A stretch of 64,000 bases of DNA, taken from NCBI RefSeq assembly GCF_001194135.2, contig NC_068990.1, positions 81,535,549 to 81,599,548 of the forward strand. The letters run 5' to 3'. The notes beneath the pieces are model-generated. The model worked only from the letters and a program-made list of their open reading frames with translations. It searched no databases and was not told the origin of the DNA. How positions within the stretch are numbered: the stretch's first letter is position 1; each line of letters begins with the position of its first letter. The translations under genes were made by a program, and so were the position numbers. This document shows positions 1 through 11,599 of the stretch, piece after piece. This stretch comes from Octopus bimaculoides. Taxonomy: Eukaryota.

Positions 1-226
1 GTTGTGTGTGTTTATTGAGCGAAAACACCTAAAGCTCCACAAGGCTCCGGCAGGGGATTGTGGCGACCCCTGTTGTACTCTTTCGCCCCAACTTTCTCCC
101 ACTCTTTCTTCCTGTTTCTTGAGTAACGCTGCGATGGACTGGCATCCTGTCCAGCTGGGGGGAACATATACGCCATAGAAGCTGGGAAACCGGGCCCATG
201 AGCCTGGCTAGGCTTTAAAAGGACGC
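1..226 (+). mobile_element. SINE, family A 5' body joined to a V-domain-like 3' half; head cut by the window edge
   Basis: 1-118 aligns with the family A copies (TTGAGCGAAAACACCTAAAGCTCCAC...CTTCCTGTTTCT). It then switches to GCTGCGATGGACTGGCATCCTGTCCAG, which matches my recall of the V-SINE conserved domain, and ends in an A-rich tail. Confidence 0.75.
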
Positions 227-2943
227 ATAAAAAAAACTTGGTAATATGCAGCACAAAGTATGCTCCAATGATAGGAATATGGTGGGCCATAGAGAATAGT
301 ATGCCTGGTCTTGAAAACTGAGGATGAACCAAGAAAGCAGGCCAGACTGGTGTAACACAGCTTTATTGTATGGAAAACAAGTATTTTAATTGCTTTAGAA
401 ACTGGGATTACTGCACTCATTTGACTTTATCTCATATTAATTACACACTGTTTTAATAATACTGAAGATTTCTAAATCTGGTATTTTTCAGCTTTTCTGC
501 AGACAATGGTTGAGAGGTTCAAATCATGTTAGAGCAAATTTACCTGTCATTTATCCATTCAGAGTGTATTATAATCTTCATCCTTAGAGTAACAACATTT
601 TTATGTCTTCTTTTCCATGCTGGTATGGGTTGGATAGTTTCTTTAATCTTAAGGCAGGGTTTTAACAGTGAGATGCCATTCCTGTTACTAATCCTCTCAG
701 TTACCTTTTATCATGTGTACTTATTCTGAAACTGGGATACACATGATAAGCAGTTTCATTAAATATGGACCAGTCATTAAATAAATACATTGGCTATACT
801 CATTAAAATATTACATTGCAATCAATCAAAAAAATAATCAATAATATATTTATTTTATACTTTATTGATTAATTACTTAATTATTTTTTAACAACATGAA
901 AGATAAAAATTTAATGAGTGGAAAATGACTTTTACATTTTACTGAGTTGTTATAAAATTTGATGTTTTAGAAACTAATTTTCTAGTCTAGCTTTTTTTTT
1001 AAATTTTAACTATCCCTTTTGATTATTTTTACTTGATTAGTAATTTTATAGAAAATTAATAAGAATTTCTAACATAGGCACAAAGCCACAAATTTTGCAA
1101 GAAGAACTAAAGTTCATTTGATACTAATCCTTGTATTCACCATTACTTTTAGTCAGAAGTGAAAGCTTTACTAATGACCCTTTATATTACCTCTAAGACT
1201 TGAAGTGGGGGAAGGAAGTTATCCTCAAAGTGGACTTTGCTAAAGACACCCAAGGTATCAGGTGGAGGTGTTAGGCTGGACAACAGATCGTCTATGACCC
1301 AAGTAGGTCATAACCAGTTTTGAACTCAGATTGCAAAGAGTTAGAACGAATATCATGAAGCATACATTTCCGCCTCCATTGCACTGAATTGGTATTTTTT
1401 TATCAACCCCTAGAGAATAAAAGGGAAAGCTGACCTCAGCAAGATTTAGGCTCAGATATTTAGATATCAATTTCTTACATAAGCACAAGGCTACACATTT
1501 TTGGAATGTGGGGAAAGGGATATTGATAATTTAATCAAACACACCCCTCATGTATTTATGTTATTGTTTGTATCTAGATAACAAAAAAAAAAAAAAAAAA
1601 TCAGTGCTTTGAAATAGAGTATCTTTGATATTTGTCCTCACTGAATAACTGACACCTTGTTATTCTTGTCACGAGAGAAACACTGTGAACCAGTGATGAG
1701 TCCTCTGGAAACCTGCAACTAGTAACCCTGTTGTCCATCTATTATGGTATAAGATAAAATAAAATGAAATATTTTATTGCCTGCACTTTACAGACAAGCA
1801 TGTGTGTGTGGGTGTTTGGGTGTATGTGTGTGTGAAATCTCATTAACAGATGTACATTCTTATAACCATGGGGACAGGATGCTATTTATTAGTTAAGTAT
1901 ATAATGATATATATAAGTCACCTTAGATGGTTAGAAATTAAATCTGACTACATTCTCCCATATGAGTAATAGAGAAATGTCTACATTTCTGAAACCTATG
2001 TTAACAAAGAAAGGTTTAATGAGTTTTCTAAATAATACTGCTCTAATTTTAGCTATATGACTAGGTTGAATGTTAGCAGTTGATACAATGTCACTTAATG
2101 ATGTAGCTTAACCTGCTAGAAATAACAATCAAGTCTCCCTTGATTCATACTCTACTGACTTAAATAGCACATGTTAGATAATGTGGTCCTGGGTTCTTTG
2201 CACCTAAGGAAAAGACATGATGTTCTTGGCTGGAATGCTTTTGATCATAAGTCTACTCAATCAGAGATGGCCTTGGGCTAAACAATGATAGCAGTTAGAG
2301 CCACAGTAAATCTGACATCACTAATGAAAACTTCATAAAGGCTTGAGTTGATGAGATAACTTTACACATTTGTATAAATGACTAAATGTAACAACCTCAT
2401 ATATTCCTCAAAGCCAGTCCCCTACCATCTTGGAAAATGGTAGAACACATTAGATAATGGAATCCTAGGCACTCCTAAATTGATAGAATGACTAGAGTGG
2501 AATGTTTTGATCAGAGGTCTGTCTACTTGATTAACTTTGACAGAGACTAAACAACCCACTAGCCAACCAGTCAACTTCATAAAGGTTCATTACCATACAG
2601 TAATTTATATGAACTTATTGCTTTTCATGTTGCTGGTATCTGTGTGCTATGAGAAATTAATAAATATCTGTGATTTCTTGACATACAAGCTAAATGATCT
2701 CATTGCTATAAAAGCTCTGTGATCTTGTTTCAATATAAATTCAGAGCTCTCATTGCATGTAAAATCAGGTTTCATTGACAAGTAAGATCAGTGGACTCCT
2801 TGTCATATGAAGTCAGAAGTCTTATTTTCATATAAACTATTGTCTTTCCATGCTATTGTAACATTTTATTACTGTGCTGGAAGAGTGAAGCATTTACAAG
2901 ATCAATTTTGCTATTACACATTAACATATATATAATTATGTAT

Positions 2944-2973
<30 letters not shown>

Positions 2974-2985
<12 letters not shown>

Positions 2986-3236
2986 TTAGGGAAAATAACC
3001 AATTTTCAAGAACTCATCGATGAAAATCCACTATCACATATAGAAAAATTAATAATTAAAAGCACAATAAATGAGTATAATATAAAGTAAAGTAAATATC
3101 ATAAGATAAATATAATATAATACTTTATATTATACTCATTTATTGTGCTTTTAATTATTAATTTTTCTATATGTGATAGTGGATTTTCATCGATGAGTTC
3201 TTGAAAATTGGTTATTTTCCCTAAAACTATATATAT
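2974..3236. repeat. Perfect long inverted repeat (foldback/MITE-like) within a (TA)n tract
   Basis: 2983-3089 is the exact reverse complement of 3121-3227 (107 bp, checked base by base). The spacer is 31 bp and there is TA on both flanks. Confidence 0.95.
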
Positions 3237-3341
3237 TTTATATATACTTTATCTATAAGGCTCAATTTAATTTTAATTTTTTATAAATTGATTTTAATTG
3301 AGTTTTTTACCTGTAATTTTGGATTTTGTCCCTAATAATAT

Positions 3342-3382
<41 letters not shown>

Positions 3383-3546
3383 TAGGCACAGACAAGTAGG
3401 TATATTTGTATGTTAGTGTATATAAACGTGTGTGTGTATACACACATACACACAAACATTCACATATATTTATACATAAATATGCATACACATTACATAT
3501 ACATGTATATTTATGTCTATATAAACATATCTATATATATGTATAA

Positions 3547-3595
<49 letters not shown>

Positions 3596-3910
3596 TTTCA
3601 CTCTTCCAACTGATATGTTGAGGCAGAGTTTCAGTTGCTTGATACCCTTCCTGTTGCTAACCCTCACCTGGATAATATTCCTCCAAGGCCAAACAAACTA
3701 TCAGAGAACTGATATGTAGTTTTCATAAAATCCCTCAGTTGTCTTTTATATTAAATGTTTCTATTTCCTCATGTTTTAAGTTACTTTGTTATTAAGTTTG
3801 TTTTTAATACAAGATTTTGTTATTTAAAGTGTCTTTAAATTAATGATAATTTAAAATACTCTTCCAAGAAGGAAATTGACTACAGAGATTTTGTATCTCT
3901 AAGAACTCAC

Positions 3911-4083
3911 CACCATTTCTGTTATGTTTATACTGAGTTGCAAAATGTGTAGCTTCATATACCTACAATTATATCTAAAAAATGGGTGGTGTTTGTAGTC
4001 TGAATTTATATTGGAGCTATATCGAATTATAAATGTAAGGATGAAGTTATATTTCGGATCTTTATCAGCATGATCATCTGTAA
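3911..4083 (-). CDS. Weak candidate internal exon, product unknown
   Basis: Acceptor TTTTCTGACAG and donor GTG|GTGAGT bracket 173 nt that are open in one frame (TDDHADKDPKYNFILTFIIRYSSN...ITEMV). No homology recognised; could be a decayed TE. Confidence 0.2.
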
Positions 4084-4326
4084 CTGTCAGAAAACAAACA
4101 AACAAACACACACACACACACACAAGGAGAAAGAAAAGAGGAAAGAACTACACATTGGTGTAAAAACATTCAAAGAGGAGAGAACTAACTATACTAGAAT
4201 TGGTTAATATAGCAAAAATTTGCAGAAAGCTGAAGCAACCAAAATCCTGACTGTAAGTTTCCGGTATTACTGATACTCCGAGTTGCAATTTATGCAACTT
4301 TAGCTTTTGGTATATTTTACTCCGCA

Positions 4327-4469
4327 CACTCGCATCTACATATATACATATGCACACACATGTACACAGACACACACACACACACACATGTGCACATGCA
4401 TGTACATGTGCACACACACATACACACACACACACACACACACATACACACACACACACACACACACAT

Positions 4470-4525
<56 letters not shown>

Positions 4526-4592
4526 GCACAAGCACATGCACAAACACACATATGCATACACACATGGATATATATTTGTATGTGTGTGTGTA
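4327..4592. repeat. Compound (CA)n/(TA)n microsatellite
   Basis: Direct reading; accounts for the overlapping HT/YI/CV ORFs at 4148-4698. Confidence 0.95.
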
Positions 4593-5904
4593 TAATGGAA
4601 AGAAAGATATTTTGCTGGTGCAAAAACAAAATTCAATATTATTATGCACTGTAGATTCATGCTTATGTATATCTAAATATCACATTTTGCTATGGTAGGC
4701 TCCTATTTATGACAGAGATAAGCAGACAGATCCATTTTATTACTACTGAAAAGATTCAAGATAGGGAATCAATAGAAATATTTTATCTTCAGTGTGATGA
4801 ACACAAACACAGAAATGTCAACTTTAACTAATGTAGTTAGATATTTTTGTGTAGATGAACTTTTTATGTATATATTTCTGTTGCAGTGCTGATAAAATAT
4901 GCTTTAAACCATTGTGAGAATGACCCTTTATGTGCTCACTAGAACTGGTAGAAATAATAGCCAAATCTCTCATTTCCTTGAATCTTAAAGAAAGTGAAGA
5001 AAAGCATATTAGTGAAAGTGAAAGTGAAGAAAAGCATATTCAGGGTTTTACTATACCTACAAATAAAAAAGAACCCAGTGGTTGTGGCTGGAATGTATTT
5101 AATCATAGATGTGTTTAATCAGGTTGATTTGGATGTTAAGTAACAATGAAGCAATGAAGGTGCCTCTAAGTAGTTGCTCTACCTGCTAGAAATAGTTGAC
5201 ATATCTCTCATAAATCATACCCTGTTTTTTCAAAGAGAAGGACATATACTATGTAGAGTGAGATATATAGAAAAACCGGATGGTCATGACTAGAATGTCT
5301 CTGATCATCAGTGTGTTCAATCATTCTTAACTTGAAATTTAACAACAACGACACCAAACATCATTTGATCCAATTTTCTCTATCCATATAAACAGAGTAT
5401 ATTTCTTTAATACACCCACACATCTTCACTGAAAGAAGTGTTGCCAATAGCATTCCAAACAGAACTGTTTTCAATGATTTCTATCAATTCAATATAAAAG
5501 AAATTAAATATCTGCAATTCACGAAGGATTCTAATTCATAACTAAATCTAAAAATAAATTCCTCTATATCAAGAAAATAAATTATTTTAGGAGACTCAAT
5601 TCAAAACTCCAAATGTTTCTGTAATAGTTATTTTCTTCATTACACTATTAAATCAAATTCAATTTTGAAATAACTCCAACATAATAAAATTCAAAATAGA
5701 AGCCGGTATATTTTCAAATTAGGTGTATAAAGAAGGAAACAAAAATATTACTATGAGCAGAATTTTTCTATGTTTTTCATCTCTGAATTTTCTATGAGAT
5801 CATATTTAGAATAAGAAATCTGTTTGTTGACAATACAGCCCTCCATAAACACTCATTAAGCATCAATTTGAACACACTATAGTAATAATAATAATACTAC
5901 TAAT

Positions 5905-6048
5905 AATAATAATGGATTCAAATTTTGGCACAGGGCCAGCACTATTTTGAGATGAGGAGGGGGAGGAAGATGATTACATTAATCCCAGTACTTCACTGGT
6001 ACTATTTCACCAATCCCAAAACGATGAAAAGCCAAGTCAACCTTGGCA
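5905..6048 (-). mobile_element. SINE family C' 3' part, truncated by the adjacent RTE relic
   Basis: GGATTCAAATTTTGGCACAGGGCC...CCCAGTACTTCACTGGTAC...GATGAAAAGCCAAGTCAACC matches other C' copies; (AAT)n tail. Confidence 0.65.
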
Positions 6049-6697
6049 TGTTTACATGGCACCAACACACTGATGCCTTGACATGGCACCAGTACCCACA
6101 TACCTGCAAGACTAAGGATCTCTCAGCTGAGAGAGTGATATAGAGGACATGCCTGTATGCATGGACAGCCATGATTTTACCCTAACCCTAACCCTAACCC
6201 TAACCCTACATGTCTTCTCAAGCACAGCAAATCACCGGAAGTCTCAATTCATTGTCATCTCTTATGTGAGGCCCAACTTCTGAAGATCCTTTGTCACCAA
6301 TTAGTCTCACATCTTCCTGGGCCTACCCCTTCCACATGTTCCCTCCACAACTAGAAATTGGCACTTGTTGATGCAGCTGTCCTCATTCATATGTATCACA
6401 TGACCGTACCAGCACAGTGTTCCCTTTTGTACACTTCATCTGATGCCTCATATTCCCAACTTATCTCTTAAATCACTTACACTGTTGTACATGCACACTG
6501 ATATTTCCCATCCAACAGAGCATGCTGGCTTCATTTCTGTCAAGCCTTTGCATGTCCTCAGTAGTCACAACACTTGTCTCACTGCCAGGTTTCATTCAAT
6601 TTACCTTTCACTTTGAGGGAGAAGTCCTTTGTTACCAACAAAGATAGCGGCTCTCTGAAGTTTGCTCAGCCTGTTCTTATTCTTGCAGCTATGCTTT
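6049..6697 (-). mobile_element. RTE-clade LINE 3' fragment (ORF C-terminus and start of 3' UTR), decayed
   Basis: Minus-strand translation across stops and frameshifts gives LLVTKDFSLKVKG, EDMQRLDRNEASMLCWM, LCWYGHVIHMNEDSCINKC and VEGTCGRGRPRK, the typical post-RT region of RTE ORFs. Confidence 0.85.
6180..6208. repeat. Interstitial telomere-type repeat (CCCTAA)4 CCCTA
   Basis: Perfect 4.8 units read directly. Confidence 0.95.
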
Positions 6698-7201
6698 ATG
6701 TGAAATATGTATCATCTACTCCTTATAGATTTAAAATTCAGTTAACTTTTACATAACATATCCAAAACAAAATCACTTCATTGAATATATTTGGTGTCAA
6801 AATAATGACTTTAAATAATGTTAAAAGAATTATTGATAATGTTTATATAGAAAATAATTTTCCATATTGTCTCAAGGTCATAGTTTCTTGGAAGAACCCT
6901 AAAATTGGTTTGTTACTTAATTATTGTTTCTGGAGGAATGAAAAATAAAGTCGGTTTGGTTAGATTTGAAAGTTGGAAGTGAAGAAACAATTGAGCTAGG
7001 CCGGTTAATCTGGCAATTTAGTCTGCCAGTTCACCACCTTCAATACGAAAAATAATTCAAACCTAAAAAAGTTAAAACAAAATGAAAATAAAATCGAACA
7101 AGTTAACTTTTTTACATGATTACTAATTTTGGATTAAGATCACAGGAGTGGTTTGTTCTCACAATACTTCCTGACACTGCTTGATACTAATATGCTTCAT
7201 T

Positions 7202-7436
7202 ATAGGGTGGCAAACTGGCAGAATTGTTAGCACGCTGGACGAAATGCTTAGTGGTATTTTGTCTGCCATTACATTTTGAGTTCAAATTCCACCAGGATCG
7301 ACTTTGTCTTTCATCCTTTCGGGGTTGATTAAATAAGTACCAATTACTCACTGGGGTCGATGTAATCGACTTAATCACTTTGTCTGTCCTTCTTTGTCCC
7401 CTCTATTTTTCGCCCCCTGTGAGCAGTAAAGAAATA
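7202..7436 (+). mobile_element. Full-length tRNA-derived SINE, family C, with 13-bp TSD
   Basis: A-box-like TGGCAGAATTG and B-box GAGTTCAAATTCC, core CTTTCATCCTTTCGGGGTTGAT..AAGTACC, A-rich tail. TSD AATATGCTTCATT at 7189-7201 and 7437-7449. Confidence 0.9.
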
Positions 7437-7663
7437 AATATGCTTCATTTAAATAGGTACAAGACTAAGATTGTGGGATAAGAAGATAGTCAATTGAATT
7501 ATTAAATTAATATCAATATATGACTGGTATAATACATTATAGTGAGTCAAATATTTACAAAAGAATAATGCCAAACACAATCAGGATCTACAATTAGAAA
7601 CAGGAACAGAAATATATACCGTGGGAGATTTAGTATAGCATTCTGCAATTTCTTTTTCATTTA

Positions 7664-8002
7664 CATCATCATCATCGTTTAACGTCCGCTTTCCATGCTA
7701 GCATGGGTTGGACAATTTGACTAAGGACTAGTGAACCAGGTGGTTACACCAGGCTCCAATCTGATTTGGCAGAGTTTCTACAGCTGGATGCCCTTCCTAA
7801 CGCCAACCACTCCGAGAGTGTAGTGAGTGCTTTTACGTGCCACCAGCACGAAGGCCAGTCAGGCGGTACTGGCAATGGCCACACTCAAAATGGTGTCTTT
7901 TACATGCCACCTGCACGGGAGCCAGTCCAGAGGCACTGGCAACGATCTCGCTCGAATGTTCTTACACGTACCACCAGCACAAGTGCCAGGGCACAGGTGC
8001 CA
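7664..8002 (-). mobile_element. RTE-type 3' UTR/tail (5'-truncated LINE or RTE-tailed SINE)
   Basis: Minus strand reads GTTGGCGTTAGGAAGGGCATCCAGCTGTAG...CCATGCTAGCATGGAAAGCGGACGTTAAACGATGATGATGATG. The same tail is attached to RTE ORF remnants at 13106 and 33960. Confidence 0.8.
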
Positions 8003-9397
8003 TGAATAATTATTGCAATTTCAGATTGTTAAAATATGAATGACTTGACTGTTAAAAGTTTAAAACCTCTGAAGATTAATCTAATAAGGGAACCTCTAAT
8101 TAGTTTACTAAATCTACTTGAAAAAGCAGTCTCCCTCAAATCACATCTTATCTTAGAAAACAAAAGAAGACTATATGAGCCTAGATAGACTGTGTCTGAA
8201 AACAAAAGGATAGGATGGGATGGTCATGGCCGGAATACTTTTGGTTGTAGGTCTGCTTAAACAAGGAAAGCAACAACAATTTATGGTATTCTCATACTCT
8301 GGTTCTAACTACTGAACTGTGTCCCTACTCGTTCACAACCATTAAATGTGAAAACGCTGGGTGAAATACTTTCATATTTTTGTACATTTTTTTTTTAATT
8401 TCCTAAATTTGATAATGACTCAGAGTATTGAAATATTTGCTTAAAGAGCCAGACTTATCAATTAATGGGACTCCATTTCCATAAAATAAAATTGTTTTTA
8501 GCTGTATGTCCTAAATTTCTCTGTGTAATGTAAATAGTATGATAGCCATCTACGATCAATAAAATCTCTACTCAAAACACACTGTCTGCTTGATTGGATT
8601 ACATGATCAAATCTATGGTGATCATAACACCAACAAATATTCAATATCAACACTGACTCATGCTACTGCTGCTTGCTATGCTGATTCCATTTTCTCCTCA
8701 TGTTCAATGTTTTTATTTATTTATTCATTTATTTACTTTTTTAAAGTATTGGGTTGATAATATGAGATCCATTACTTCCTATTCATATGTGATGGCTGGT
8801 AAACATTATATCAACCCTTATATTAATCTTTTGGGCTGTTAAAGAGTATGTATGTTAATTGGATGTTCAACATGGCAGAGTAAATCCCCATCTCTTACAA
8901 ACAGAAGGATGATAATAAAAAAGGAAGCAAAAAAATAAAAAAAACAAAACAAAACAAAAAACTACTGAATACAACAAGTACAACAGACCTATCAATCTAC
9001 AATGCTAAACTATAAATGAAGTTTTTCTCAAATATTTGGCTTGTAATTCAAATAGAAACTATTGATTAGGAATTCTCTACAACAGAAATCATTGGTTCTA
9101 ATAAGATATTCTATAAGAAGAATGATATCCTGAAGAGAAATTTGTTTCATCATTATATACTACAAACAATGTCTTCTAAAATAAGTAAAGGTTTTGTTTT
9201 TGCATTAAACATTAGCCATGAGCCAGAAATAGCAGAGACCAAAAATAGTTTATATAAATCCATAATTACAGCCAACTTATGCAAATGCAAGTTTTTATGT
9301 GCAAATTTAATGTCTCTTTTCTTTCCAAAGGATTCTCAATCATTTGTTAGTGATAATCTATGAAGCCACATCCATTTGTAACCTTCTCTTAAATAAC

Positions 9398-9428
<31 letters not shown>

Positions 9429-9649
9429 TCTTTGGATATACACACCAACATGCATGCATATACACATATATGCATGCATGTATGTATGCATTCAGACATA
9501 TATGCATGCATATACACACATATCTATCTACATGTGTTGTATCTACAAACACACACACACACACACACACAAACATATATATGCATATACATGTTGGTGA
9601 ATTAAGCATCAGAGATTCTTGGCTCCATGCAGAAGTTGCAAGAGTTACT

Positions 9650-10490
9650 TGGTGACACTGCAAGCTCTCTTAGTGGTGGCTAAAACTATTGCATTGTAGG
9701 AATCTCTTCTATGTCATCAGGAGATGTATGAGTCTCACAAGCTTTTTAACCCTTAGCCTATACACTTCACTTGTGTAGTGCAGCTAAGACTGAAGTTACC
9801 TTCACTTGTGAAAGGGTTCCATCTGTAGTCTCTTGTCAACTACAGTTAACTTGAACGAGTTTCAGCTGTCATACCTATATTCATGGTATAACCTTCAGTC
9901 GTTTGGTTTCTAGATGAATCTTCTGCAGGAAATAGACATTGACATATGGCAATATCTGTAAGGACCTTATCAGGCCCCTACTTGTCTCAGTCTTCCTCCA
10001 GTGTCCTAGAACATTCAGTTGAAATGTGGTTCAGGATACAAAGAGTTTCTCTACATTGTTTGCAGGATGGGTCTTCTTCATTGCTCCATATCTTAAGGTT
10101 ATTTGGAGTTGGCAAGAGGACATTTTCCTTGGTCAATACTCCAGTTTCCTCCAGGACAGTGTGTGATCAAGTACCTGGCTCAATGGGTGCTTGAGTGACT
10201 CAGACTACTCCAACAATCTCCTGGTATCTCCAGTATGTTTCCCTTCTTTCACATGTGTGCTGCACTTTACGGTCTTGTTGGCATATCCAATTTTCTCATC
10301 CCTCAGATAGTAGTAATGTGCTGACTGCTCTTATCTTGGTGGCTTTGAATTCTTCCACTACTGATGAAATTGGTTGGTAGAGCTTGAAGGTTTTGCTGCA
10401 TAGTTTTGACTGAGCTGAAATTTGAGGAAATGTCCAACCACCTTCTCTATTTACTGCCCAAACTCTCCATTGTCTACATCTCAATCATGG
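9650..10490 (-). mobile_element. HERO-like (R2 superfamily) non-LTR retrotransposon fragment, decayed
   Basis: Minus frames give KLYQPISSVVEEFKATKIRAVSTL and VLLPTPNNLKIWSNEEDPSCKQCRETLCILNHISTECS...DKVLTDIA (9948-10127). This is the post-RT segment plus CCHC zinc knuckle as I recall it for HERO elements. Extent below about 9930 is uncertain. Confidence 0.7.
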
Positions 10491-11599
10491 CAAAGTCATA
10501 TATCAAGAATATGCCATACTGGATCATTGAAAAATTAAAATTTTCCTTCCTTTTAACATAAATCTTTCATTTGTTATGGTTGATCTCTATTCTGTCACTT
10601 AGAATTGGATTGTATTTTATTTTCATGGAGATTATACTTAAGACAACCACTACATCAGAGAATGAAACTGATGTCTATTTTCATCTCCGAGTATAATTTA
10701 AGTACCATCATATTTGAATGACTAAAATGTTGAAGTATTTTGTTGAAGTGTTTTACCGTTTAGCCCTAAATATATCATTGATCCAGGAGATCTACAAGCA
10801 AAGCCATCCTAGTAATGGCCATCCCAATTTGTTTAGATACAGCATATCTAAGACTACATTATACATAATATCTTCCCTTAAGATAAAGGGACGTGATCTG
10901 TTGGTCATTTTGCTACTGTTCTCTTGCTGGTGAAGGTTTTCTGTGGGCTTTTGATTTTGATAGAGATGATGAATTTAGAAAAAATAGATTTTCTCCACAT
11001 CATAATGTCATAAGTTCTTTAATTTGGAGCTCTAGTTAAATATAAACATTCTTGGGGTGTACCTGTTTACCAAATGTATTGGTGCATCTTTGTATTAGGA
11101 CTAAAACAACTGTACCACTCTACTATTAGCAGTGTCAGTGGACAGTTTGTACATGTGCAGCAAAAGACTTTGATACTTAATAATATATTAATGTTACAGA
11201 ATACTAAATAAAATAAAATTGATGGTGTGCTTGTGTTTTTAAAGACTACATTGACTTCACTACAATGTATTTGTAAATACAAATTCTTAGAGAGATATTA
11301 ACATTAATCTGTAGTCAAGTTAGAAAGTAGGGTGACCATAGCTGATGAGCTAGAAAATGGTTAAATGATTTAGAACATATGGAATTAATTATTAGGTATT
11401 ATAATTATAAGATATGGGTAATGGATTGGCAAATGTTTTGCAGTATTTATTCCAGCTATTCTGAGTTTAAATATAACTGAGGACAACTTTGCCATTCATC
11501 CATTCTGGTTTGATAAGTATTGGAGATGATGTAATCAGCTAACCCCTGAACCTTGTAGGCCTTGTGTTTAAATTGGAAACAATTAAAAGATATCTATTC

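Noticed and set aside
503-587. Plus-strand acceptor TTTTCTGCAG followed by QWLRGSNHVRANLPVIYPFRVYYNLHP* and a downstream AATAAA
   Set aside because: Short, no recognisable homology and no compatible upstream exon in the window.
1690-1715. GTGATGAGTCCTCTGGAAAC, hammerhead-like
   Set aside because: Core starts with G rather than C, stem II is incomplete and no stem I or III can be drawn.
4226-4252. 27-nt plus-strand microexon-like segments (also 4886-4912, and shorter or longer ones near 12295-12334 and 40573-40591)
   Set aside because: Such splice-like pairs are frequent by chance in AT-rich DNA; no independent support.
4148-4698. Long ORFs rich in YI, HT, CV or X (also 25200-25812, 29448-29917, 43139-43711, 48948-49743)
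   Set aside because: Translations of dinucleotide microsatellites or N gaps.
9070-9363. 97-codon open frame on the plus strand
   Set aside because: No motif and no good splice signals; a few ORFs of this length are expected by chance.
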